Made by a program: the position numbers and the translations under genes. A DNA stretch of 64,000 nt from Nemertoderma westbladi (taxonomy: Eukaryota; Animalia; Xenacoelomorpha), in NCBI GenBank assembly GCA_032718475.1, contig JAUCBJ010004174.1:25664-89663 (forward strand), written 5' to 3'. Below, in pieces: positions 41,301 through 53,300 of the stretch. Every line of letters begins with the position of its first letter. The first letter of the stretch is position 1. The notes below the pieces were generated by a model, which made no database searches, was not told the origin of the DNA, and saw nothing but the letters and a program-made list of their open reading frames with translations.

Positions 41301-44300
41301 ATTATGATAGAGTCGAAGAAAGCGCTGGATAATTTCAATGTTGACGTTTTCTGTTCCGCGATCCGAACGTATAATATGCGGAATGCCTCGCAATAAATCG
41401 ATTATTTCTAAAAAATAGGCTGCCACTACGAAAGGATCGTTATTGCTCTGACCGCATTTTAACCACATAATCTTTCTGCTAAAACCGTCCATTCCACCAT
41501 GAATAGCTAAACCGAACGGTTTAAGCTTATCCCATCCGTCAATGTGGAGTAGAAAGTTTGGTCCCTTCGAAAAGTAAGTGCGACGTGTAAGTTTGTGCTT
41601 GATACGGCACAACCGCCCATCCGGATCTAGAATACGCAGCAGTTCGGCAGTTAATTTACGCGGTACATAAATGTTATGTTGGTACATTAAAACATGTTGC
41701 ATCTGCCGGTATCCAGCTGTACTTGGAGAACGATTATCACTAGAGTTTTTATGAAGTTCATTCTGTATGGTATCGACTATCACACCAAAATCAGCCGGAT
41801 TAAACCGTCGATGCAACTTAATTGATGATAAATAACGACGAACGGTTCTACAGGAAATGTACAAACCACAGGATTGCTGCAGTATCTGCGCTATTTCTGC
41901 ATGCGTATATCCCAACCAAAAATTATCAGAAATTTCCTTCCTCCAAGGTTGCGCCGAGACTAATATTGGCAACAATATAATAATCAAAACCAGTGCAGCT
42001 ACCGGTACTGATAGCGTTACAGTAGTAACATATTTCGTCATAATGATTTAAGCTTAAGTTTATAGCTTGTAAGTTTTGTGAAGACAGAAAGTTCCGGTCT
42101 GGTATGCAGTAGGTAAGGTACAGACAGTACCGGTCGCGGTCTGCGTCTGGTATGCAGGTTCCGATTTACACGCCGCCTTTCAGCTCTAGGTACAGTACCG
42201 GTTCGGCATGCAGGTTCCGTTTTTGATTTACACGCCGCCTTTAAGTCAGTTAGTTACATTTTAAATTTCCCTCTTCCTCATCAACATGAGTCAAATCCTC
42301 TAAAAGTCAGCTGATTGATATTAATTTCAACCCGGGTTGATATTAATTTCAACCCGGGTTGATATTAATTTCAACCCGGGTTGATATTAATTTCAACCCG
42401 GGTTGATATTAATTTCAACCCGGGTTGATATTAATTTCAACCCGGGTTGATATTAATTTCAACCCGGGTTGATATTATTTTCAACCCGGGTTGATATTAA
42501 TTTCAACCCGGGTTGATATTAATTTCAACCCGGGTTGAAATTCAAGAAAAAAATGTTGATCAAATTAAAAATTAAAAAAGTAGTGAATTATTTTGGCCGC
42601 TTTCAGCCACCGTACTATCTTCTATAATAACAACAGCTTTTATAATTCATTGGATGATTACAACATAATAATTATAGTTTGAAGTTGTCTAGAAAATTTT
42701 TCGTACACCACCAGGACTACCCTCACACTAATTGATTATCAGACAGAACAAAAAGCTTTTACTTGACTCGTATTGTCTCCTACGACTTGCTTCACGGGCC
42801 GCTAGGCCCGTCTCTAGTATTTTACCCGGTAATAATAATTCTAATTTAAATGTGCAAAATAATCCAAATAATAATTCTAATTTAAATGTGCAAAATAATC
42901 CAAATAATAATTCTAATTTAAATGTGCAAAATAATCCAAATAATGATTCTAATTTAAATGTGCAAAATAATCCAAATAGTAACCCTAATTCTGAACAAAA
43001 TAATTTAAATAATTTAGGTAACAATATTACGTTAAATAATAACCCCGAGGAAATTAAAAATATTATTAATTACGATGCAATTAATACCAACGTAGGGGAG
43101 GCAGGTGGTCCGGCCAACGAGAGCCTGCAAGGCCACGTAGTTGCACAAGGAGTAGCGGGGGTGAGTCAACCCAACGAGAGCCTGCAAGGCCACGTAGTCA
43201 CGCAGGGAGTAGAGGGGGTGAGTCAACCCACCGGGAGCCTGCAAGGCCACGCAGTCGCACAGGGAGAGGCGGGGGTGAGTAGACCCAGCCAGGGTAGAGA
43301 TAGTGCATCGACTAGAGAGGGGTGTGGAAGCGAAGTAGGAGGTAGCGAAGTAAGAGGTGGCGAAAGGGGGGGGGGGGGGGGGGGGGGGGGCTACGGGCAC
43401 CCCACCACAAGAGATTAGTGGCAAGAGGGGGGGGGGGGGGCAGAAATTGTGCCACAAGTGTCGGCGGAGAATGCGCGTGGCGAGTTAGGTGAACCGCGGC
43501 ACCCGATGACAGAGAATAGTAGGGGGATTGCGAGTATCCCCAGGAGTGTCCAGCAAAGCAGAGAGAGAGACATTGGCGCCGTGGGCAGGCGGGCGAGAGG
43601 ACGTCGGGCCCAGTCGGAGGGCGGGGGAAGAACAGTGGAGTTTATCCGGGAGGTCGAAGAGAGATCTTACGAGGCGGATCACTATACTGAAGAGAGAAGA
43701 AGTGAAGAGAATAGAAGAAGCGTTGCTACGAGCAACCGGAGAGGAAGGATGGACAGTGAACCGTCGGTAGAAGAGATGGAGTTAGAGAGTCGGTGGGGTC
43801 GAACTCCGGGAGATTGCCATCGCCCCGGAGAGACGCAGCCTGGTGAGATATACCACACACCGGGAGAAGGGTACAGCATGTACCGGTGTGAGGACGTGAA
43901 CAGGAGAGGGGATCGAAGAGAAACTTCCCGACGGGACATAGCTGCCGATCGAGAGTACGGTAGTCGCAGGGAGGACTTCTTGGAATATTCGAGAAGATTA
44001 AACTTCGGTCCGGAAGGACCCAGGCAGACTGCAGGGCATACTGTAGGCCTTACTGCACATACTATAGGCCATGCTGGAAGATATAGTGTAGGCGATAGGG
44101 TAGCGCGGACAACAGGATTAGATCCGGAAGTCGCGGTATACATACCGGTAGGAAGGCAAGAAGTGGATAGGCCTATACCGGTACCTGCACACCAGTATGA
44201 CTATGATATGCTAGGATATAATATATACCCAGGGGAGGGGGGAGCTATTGCCGATAGATATGGGCCCTAACATGGTAACATCAACCCCAGTACCAAATAT

Positions 44301-47300
44301 AACACCGGTGGGGGGGGGGGGGGGGGGGGGGGGCAGGGTGAAAATTCCCCCATTACAATATCAGCAATATACTCAACCAAGAACAAAAACCCCAAACACC
44401 TCGGACCAAAATAAGTCGTGTGATACAGAGATATGGAGGGGACCGTTACCCCCAATGATATATCCAACGCAGAAAAGGTCGACAGGCCCGACGGGCGAAC
44501 CGCACCAAGCGGCGGGGGAGTCTGCACAGCATCCATCGAGCGTGCTAGAAGTACAAGCGATGGGAATGGCAACACTCATTGACGAACTTGAGACCAGGAT
44601 CGAGCTGCCACCAATGGAGCCGTTCAAATTGGATGGTAGTAGGCCGGAGGAATACCTGCAATTCCAGCGTATGTATAGTAACGAAATATTAACGAAGAAC
44701 CTGACGCAGGCGGAGTGCCTAAAATACTTACAAGTTTACACAGGGGGGCCAGCATACGACATCGTAAGGCAGTACCAAGGTATCGAAGGTGGATTCACGA
44801 CTGCATGGCGGGCCCTAGACAGGGAATTCGGACATCCTGCTAAGATCATCCGACAAACCTTAAGGGGAATAACATCAGGTGGACTACAGGATAACCCTGT
44901 CAGCATCAAGACTTTCGCGAACAGAGTCGAAAATGTGCTAATTGTGCTAAAGACCTTAGATGCGCCTTACGAACTCAACGCATCGAATAACATCACCACA
45001 ATAGCGCAGGCACTACCCATCTGGCTAAGGAACAAATGGCGAAAGATCGCCTTCTCCACCCGCGAGAAGAAAGGTGTGGAACCAGGCGGAGTTGATTACA
45101 GACCCAGTCTACAGTGAGGATAGTTTGGGGAGGGCACTGAAAGCTGAATACATCAGGCCTAAACCCGAACATAGTCCGGCGGATGCATTCCCGAGGGTGA
45201 GACAGTTGCTACCACATGCGGCCACGCAGGGGTCTTGTAGTCCACAGGCAACTGGAAGTAGGGCCACACCGTGGCAGGGACAAAAACAAAACAACAACAC
45301 GAACAAATATAATCCCAACACCCCCAGTAGGCCGAGTCCAAATAACCAAAACACTAAACCGGTAGATATGAACCTACGCGCGATACATGAAGGGCTATAC
45401 AAGGAACGCTACAATCCAGGATACAAATGTCAATTGCATAGAGATGGAACCCACAACACCATGAATTGTAAGCATTGGCAAGCGTTGCCTAAACAAGATC
45501 GGGTAGCCTACGCGGATATAAATGGACTATGTCATCGATGCGTGGTAGAAGGACACAGATTCGGAAAGTGTAGAGAAACATCGATAGAATACGACGAGAC
45601 TGATGAGAGTGGAGGCCAAACTATGGCTACGAGCAAGACGGGAGCAAGGAGAAAGAGAACGGTACTACTCGAAACAGTACCAGTGAGAATAACAGGAGAG
45701 GATGGGCTATCGGTCACAACATTAATGTTGATCGATAGTGGAGCAGCATTCACGCTAACGGAGGGTTGGGTGGCCGAAAAGATAGGGTTACGAACGAGGC
45801 CAAGCAAGATGGCGGTAACAACTATCTCGAGTAAAGACGAGGTCTTGAAGATGAGAACGGGGCGTTGTAAAATATCAGCGATAACGCCAGGGTGCAATTA
45901 TGGGGCGACCATCGATCCCATTCAAATAATAGAATCGATTAATATTAATGCCAGGCGACCCACAAAGATCGAGGTCGAACAATACCAGTACCTGGACAAC
46001 ATCGATTTCTCCGTGCCCGAACTGGACGTCCCGAAAGTATCTCTCATAGTCGGAATGGACTGCCCGACGGCCCACGGGAGAACGGCCATGCTCGGAGATG
46101 ATGGGGGGAGAGGCCCGATGGCGATTTGCACGCCATTCGGATGGACACTCAGCGGCCCAATCAAGTCTAGAATTCCGTTCAGCGTGTCGGAATCCTCAGG
46201 GTGCATGTTTGCTATGAGAGAAATAGAGGACGGAGGAACAGAGGAGAAACTAGAGACGGGCGATGGGGAGGACCCATACGAGAAGCAGGCCAAGGAAGAA
46301 AACCAGGAGTCGGGGATGGGTATGGATCTGGAACCACGCATGGTGGAGCATGGTGAAAGGGTGGAGGACAGAGAACTACCGCCGACTGATGAGTCAGGAA
46401 GAGAAACAACAACAAGAGAGTGGGCGGACGAGAATGGGGAGTATCGGCATGGGGATAGAGAAGTGTGGACAGCGAGATGCCGAGATGTCCGGAGAGGTGT
46501 CCGGATCAGACGCCGGTCCAGTTGAGAGGCATACCGTGGGGAGGAGGCCGAGTAAGAAGACAAGGTGGAAAGGGAGAGGATGTGGGAAGATTAGACCAGG
46601 GGCAGAGAAGCCCATGATGAAACGTGACAAAGGAGGCAGGAAAGTGGGAGAGGGCGTGTTGTACACGCATAAGGGGGTGGCAGAGTGCGAAGGGGCATTA
46701 AATGGTAAGCCATTACGTGTACCGAAGGATGACCGGGGGTCATCGGGGGCTAGGTAATAAGAAAATAATATCACCTATAATGTTTCTTCAGTTTAAATAT
46801 GGTTACTATCATTTTAAAAAGAAACCAATTCAGGATCAAGTACCTCACATGTTGCTATGTTCAGACCATAATTTGCCAGCCAATCATGTCATTTCTTGTT
46901 GCCAAGGCAACCAAAAATATTATTTAATATGTGAAAATTCCATCAGAATCATTTTATATGTTCTTCAGATGCATATCAATATGTTACATAGTCAACATTC
47001 ATGATCACAAGCGAAGTCATTATTCTGTTGTTTCCATAGCCACGGGCATATTTTAGTATTATGTAGTTATAGTAACGTATTTGGCATTTTATTGACATTG
47101 TAAGTTAATCATATTAAAGATTATTGAAAAAAATTGTGTGGAGTCTGCTACAGTTATTTTATTTAACAAAGTCTTGAATTTTAACCATAGCAACGGGAGT
47201 TTTGATCCTAATTCGGGAGTGACTTGTTAAAAATACTCAAAATTCGGTTTAATGTACATTTCAGTATTTTGTAGCATGAGATGCTGTAGAAATTACAAAA

Positions 47301-50300
47301 TTATATTCGAATGACCTTAATGTAATTAGCAACGAAAGTTTTCCTTAGCAACCGGGGTCTTTATTTTACCAACATCGCGTTTTATAGTGATAACATGTTT
47401 TTTATTGAGCTGTAAAGATTAAATAACAGTAGTAAGTTATCCTTGGCAACGTTGAATTGTGTATAGCAACAGCGAGTTACCTTAGCAACGGTTAGTTTCA
47501 CAAGGTAGCAACGAGTTTTCAAATACTGTAATTACCAAGTTTTCTACATCAATGTTGAATCTTACTTATCAATGGCGAGTTTTCCTTAGCAATATATTTA
47601 CAGAATATTTTAAATATTTTATATGGTATCAGAAATAATAAATACTGGTATTTTACTGTACCAGTACCTACAGTATGTAGCTATATAATAAATTATATTA
47701 CTCTCGGTGTGCTACTCACAGATATTGCTTGTCGGTTACATAGTTTTTGGTTAGATGGGATACCGATATGGAATTTATACTAAATACTTGTGGTATATGT
47801 TTAACTGTATGGTATATGTTTAACTGTACGAAAATTGACACTGCATATCTGGTGATAAACCTCTCCTGTGGCAGGAAAATCACCAATATCGTGTAAGAAA
47901 GCTCTAAGCTCTTTGACCAAGCGCTGCTGTATTTGTCACAATTTGCTAATAGCGTTTGTTGGAATGATAGCGTTTTTACAGGAACGAGTGTAAATCCATG
48001 TTTATCTATATCTCTCGACTTTCCATAATGTTGGGAACCAGAACGTTGTTTGTTGTGTGTTTCTTGATGATTACTATCACCAGCCCCTCTTTTTCTACTT
48101 AGACGTAATAATTATTTTGAGTTAGTATATTTTTCTCTGCATTTTGAATGCACTGACTGACCTTTAGCAGGGGATATATTTTCCTTTCGTATTATGCTTG
48201 CTCTGATATTTCCATAAAAACCACTTCAAACAGAAGTTTTCATATAAAAATCGAAAATTTGTACATAAACTACACAATTAAATTTTCTGATAATCAGAAT
48301 AATTCTGTATATCATAAGCAAATGCCTCTTAAACAAGGCTGAACAACGAACTACCAATGGTTTTATTCAATTTAATTAGCTTCGTGGTTGCATTTCCTTT
48401 AGATATTGCTTTTCTAATAAATATTAAAAATTTAAATGTATCAGTACAAACCCTTTTCTCCTAAATTGACTACATTATCCTCAGCTGTAAGTCTCATTGC
48501 AAATTATACATCAATCGTGATAACTATCCATATCGGTATCCCATCTAACCAAAAACTATCTAACCGACAAGCAATATCTGTGAGTAGCACACCAACCGAG
48601 AGTAATATAAATTATTATATAGCAAGGTACTGGTACAGTAAAATACCAGTATTTATTATTTCTGATACCATACATACATACATACATACATACATTGCAA
48701 CAATGGGAACACGCAATACGGATATGTTTCCAAAATTTCATAAATTTACTGTACAATTAATTTCGACGATGTAATTCTCATAGTTGTCATGGTAACCGGG
48801 ATTCAAAAACTGCCCCATCGGATTCTCCGATAGTGATTTGGGTGGGGTAGGTCAAGGTTAGAATTCCGTAGGATTATAGGAAATGGGTGATTTATGTATG
48901 ACTTTCTGTTGCCATGGTGAAATGGTCTATTTAACCAAGTTCCAACAACCCGATTATGGCCGATTTTGGATATGTTGATAAGCATAAAATTTGGGTCTAG
49001 AAATTATTAAATTAAATTCTGTTGCAATTTGTCCGAGGTTGAGCCCTATTTTGACTGGACTACTATTCTAGTGAACACATTTAAAGTGTATTTAGCGTTA
49101 ATGATAGCCGACCAATCATACTTTGGGAGGGAGGCCTGTATACTATTCTAGTGAACACATTTAAAGTGTATTTAGCGTTAATGATAGCCGACCAATCATA
49201 CTTTGGGAGGGCGGCCTGTATACTATTCTGCCAACGTTCAATATTATTATACTGACTCAACGTACCTTTTTCGGTGGTTCTTCCTTCTTCTTTGGTTTGG
49301 ATTTCAGTACCGGTAATTTAGTACCTGCAGCTGCAGCTTGGCATCTAAAATTAAATTAACAATTATATTTAAAATATTGGCGACATTATCTGTTATTATA
49401 GCCGCTCGCTGAAGGTTGGCAGTCCTGACTCGCCCCACAAGACACTATCAATAGTGACGGCAGTTTAAATGTTGCAATATTTACTATTAATTTTAGGAAA
49501 TTAATATATTAAAATACAATAAGTATCAACGTGTTTCACGTTATAAATAACAACGCGAGAGTGGTGGATATAAATAGCCAACAAGTATTTACAGTGAAAT
49601 GCGGTTACTCGCTACGCTATCATGACATCCTTGTATCTCTCTGATACGGGACTGTTTCTATAAATATTTCTAACTCGAGACGGGAGTGAGATAAAGTCCT
49701 AATAAATATCCAATGTAATAAACAATTACAAACATTAATAAAAAGATAATTCAACTTTAGTCTACTTAGCTATGTTACTAGAGATACACGGAGTTGCTTC
49801 CGTTGTTTACGGTTATTGCGGTTACTAATCTACATTTATAATATCCGAAATCCAAACACTTATTTTATTATTAACCCAACTATATGATTACTGCGGACCG
49901 CTAAAAATATATAAAATATAATTTATAATGAAGGCATTAAACCATCGGAATGAATGTCTGTCTGATCGACACAGTAAATCCTTCAACTCTTTCATAAGAA
50001 CTTTGGTTCCCATTTAGCGACCAATAAAACCTTGATTGTTAGTTGGGTTAATAAATTAATATTAAATATAATTTAATGTTTCTATAGTTATAATTTCCAG
50101 AGTTTCCTTAGTTTACCTTACGTACTTTAGCTACTATATTTAATATCGTAATAAGTCTAAAAATAATGAAACTTTAATGAATTTCGTATGAGAACATCAA
50201 CACAAAAATCACGGGAATTCATTTAAAATGAAGTAAAGAGGATGAATAAACGGAAACTGGCAGTAGTTTTGGTCGGAGCCGGGCTGCTAACTGGCTCCGT

Positions 50301-53300
50301 ATACCTCCACCACAGATACTCATGTTGCCACGATCTCCATAGCAATGTGTGCGAGTGTAAGCGTCGTTCCTTAGTAACGGGAGGCTCCGTGTTCGTAAGA
50401 CCCGCTCACAGTGTTCACCGTTGCGGTGCGTTTGGTGCGACGCGGAGTTGCTTCGGATTGGACAAACATTACCCGCCGGAGTGGCTGAGCTCCGGGAGGG
50501 ACAAACCGACATCGCATATCGGCGGTCGGACCAGCGCCGAAACCTGGTCCAACCTCGCCCGCAGCTGGAGTAAGCGCTCCGTCGGTGGGTTAGACCACAA
50601 GGGGGGCGCTTATACCTGGTCTAAGGGAGTCCTCGTGTTCGGTCTGGTTGTGGGGGGCGTTGCTATGGCACTGCGCACCGCTCAAGGACAACTACTGCTG
50701 GCGTTTATCGCTGGTGTCGATATTATCAAGGAGTTACAACAGTAAATATTACGGAATAGAATATAGTCAACCTAACGAATATTTACAAATTTTAGCGCAA
50801 TATAATAATGTTGGTTTTGTTTCAATCGTTGAATCTTAAAACAATTGGTTGAAATTCGGTTTCAATACAATAATGAAACACTATAGAATTCAATAAATAA
50901 ATTCGAGGTTTTCAATATTTCTACTTCTAGAAACTGCAAACCATTAAGGGGGGGGGGGGGGGGGGGGGTTGTTGGAATAAATAATTATACACTCACTTGT
51001 AACAGGGTTGACCCCCAACGACCTCGGTGAAACTAAACCTTCCCTCCTTTCCGCCAATAGGAACGCCGGTTTTGTGTTTGTATTCGCAGCACGAACTCAG
51101 TCTGGTATCCATGACGCCGTTGATGTAGCAGGCTACACTAAACGGGTAACCGAAATGTCGCATCGACGTAAAAGTAAATTCATCTGTAATTGTTAAAAAA
51201 ATTACAATTTAAATATTATGTTTATATACGTACAAACCTTTTCTACTTCAATGCTGTTTCAACACTCATGTAATAACATTTTAGAAATTCCTCCAAAAAT
51301 ATTTTAATTTCTTATTTTTGCTTTTTTAGCCGCAAAAAATTAAACTCAAGGCAATCCTAAAGGTTACTTTTTCCTTAGGGAAAAAAGTACAACTTCCTTT
51401 TCTCCCAATTTTGGGAAATATTCAGGCGAAAATGTAACAATTTATGAATAAAATCCATATTTTATGTTTAACAAATCAAATAAATAATCATTCAATAGAA
51501 ACAAAACTGAAACTATTAAAAATTTTCTGCCGCAGCAATAATTCCCTACCGTTATGTATTAAATAACTCATGAGAGTTAAGTGCAAGGCCATTGATTGAA
51601 ACCAGACACCCCAGGTCATTCAGCCCTTTAATATCTCTCCGATAGAATGTTGACAGAGAGCCCGGGGTATTACATTGTGTTACGCAGTTTAACTACCGCC
51701 ACCATTACCTATAATACATGGCGTCCATTGATTATCGAAAATGCATATAAATCTCAACACAAGCCAAGGACGAATTCGATAAATCTTACCTCCGGGGAGC
51801 AAATACTGACGGAACACGACGATGGTGTTTCCTCCGCAGTGCTGCTGCAACAAGGCCACCTCAGAGGCGTCGTCTTTGTTGAGTCCTCTGAGACCGTGGA
51901 AACGCATGGAACACTCAATGAGTGGGCCTCCAACCCGGTGCGACTTGGGCGGTTCTTGGGGGTGTAAATAGTTGGTACCCTGGGGAGTAACGGGGGGAGT
52001 TATCAGTAGTTTAACGTAGACGATGTGCCTTATCTAACAGGAGGGTTTCTTCAGAAAAATACTACAAAAAAGCGCCAAGTAAAACGTAATCACTACAACG
52101 CCAAGTAAAACGTAATCACTACAACGCCAAGTAAAACGTAATCACTACAACGCATATTTAAAAACCAAATTTAAAACTAAAACGCAATTAAAATTATTAT
52201 TTGAAGGGAATGAAATATAAATAATTTTGGTCAACCAATTTTCGAAACTTCTTATAAGAGTAGACGAGATTATAAAACAGAAATAATGATTGTAAAATGG
52301 AATACCAGATTAAAACGGAACCACATTCTTATAGTAACCCCAGAGACCACCATAATTTTTATTTATAATCAAAAAATGGTAAGTAGGATTAAAAACAAAA
52401 TCAAAAGGTCATAAATAACTTTTTATTTCCACAAAGTTTGAGTTTATTTTTTAGCGAGAAAAAGTAAAGGGAAAGATATTTTGAACTTTACTTTAATCAA
52501 TAATTTTGTTGACCAAAATAAAATTAGTGGTTAATTTCAATGCGGTAATTCCATTGATACCTCTTTTGAATTAGATCAAACGATAAACATTAACAGAACT
52601 TTTAAATTATTGTATTAAGTCATCTAAAATTATGTTTATGAAAATCTTCGCGCAGTTAATCTACTTAATTTCAACAATATTTTGCCTTAGGCAGATGCGC
52701 AGATTGCGCCCCATTTGAACTTATAACGCCACGATATGTGTTGCATGTAAAGAGTTACAATTAGTGTTTAAATGAAAGCTATAATTTATCCGTTACCATG
52801 GAAACGCGCACAATAAACCGGGTAATATATTTGAAAAATCATTGACTATAATGTAACAAAAATATGTTGGGGGTCTCAAGGGTTATTACGATATTGTATT
52901 TCCGTGTTAATAAAGTCTGCCATGTGTGCACAGTGCAAGTGTATATTATTATGGATTAATGGTATTGGGACATAAATTGAATAGGGACATAAATGCAAAT
53001 GGTATTGGGACATAAATGGAATAGGGACATAAATTGAATAGGGACATAAATGGTATTGGGACATAAATGGAATTGGGACATAAATGGTATTGGGACATAA
53101 ATGGTATTGAGACATAAATGGAACAGGGACATAAATGGAACAGGGACATAAATGGAACAGGGACATAAATGGTATTGGGACATAAATGGTATTGGGACAT
53201 AAATGGTATTGGGACATAAATGGAATTGGGACATAAATGGAATTGGGACATAAATGGAATTGGGACATAAATGGAATTGGGACATAAATGGAATAGGGAC

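Larger units (their letters stand above)
36894..42614. mobile_element. Apparently intact cut-and-paste DNA transposon, IS3EU-like, 5721 bp, carrying a DDE transposase and a HECT E3 ligase gene
   Basis: TIRs TACGGTGGCTGAAAGCGGCCAAAATAATTCACTAC... / ...GTAGTGAATTATTTTGGCCGCTTTCAGCCACCGTA (~300 bp including repeats); perfect 6-bp TSD CTATCT (36888-36893, 42615-42620); TAYGG termini with a 6-bp TSD fit the IS3EU superfamily. Confidence 0.92.
21866..42817 (+). mobile_element. Head-to-tail array of 10 non-autonomous Helitron (Helentron/DINE-1/HINE-like) elements. Units start at 21866, 23619, 25115, 26615, 28409, 29906, 31411, 32876, 34462, 35960
   Basis: Typical unit: 5' TTAGGAACCGAGAGGTTC (or TTAGCAAGTCGTTAGACTTG) hairpin/subTIR, (CTGA/CTGG)n microsatellite, AAAACTACTCTAACGATTTTGATGAAATTTT core, 3' subTIR, hairpin CGGGCC-GCTA-GGCCCG and CTAG; inserted between A and T with no TSD. 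Confidence 0.88.
19720..46757 (+). mobile_element. BEL/Pao LTR retrotransposon remnant (possible 5' LTR, gag, aspartic protease; no RT, integrase or 3' LTR seen), interrupted at 21866-42817
   Basis: Gag DUF1759-like LPPMEPFKLDGSRPEEY...LKYLQVYTGG...LDREFG; Zn knuckles CQLH...HNTMNC and CHRC...HRFGKC; protease LLETVPV...LIDSGA...TPFGWTLSG; left boundary TGTAAGCGG at 19720 is tentative. Confidence 0.75.
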
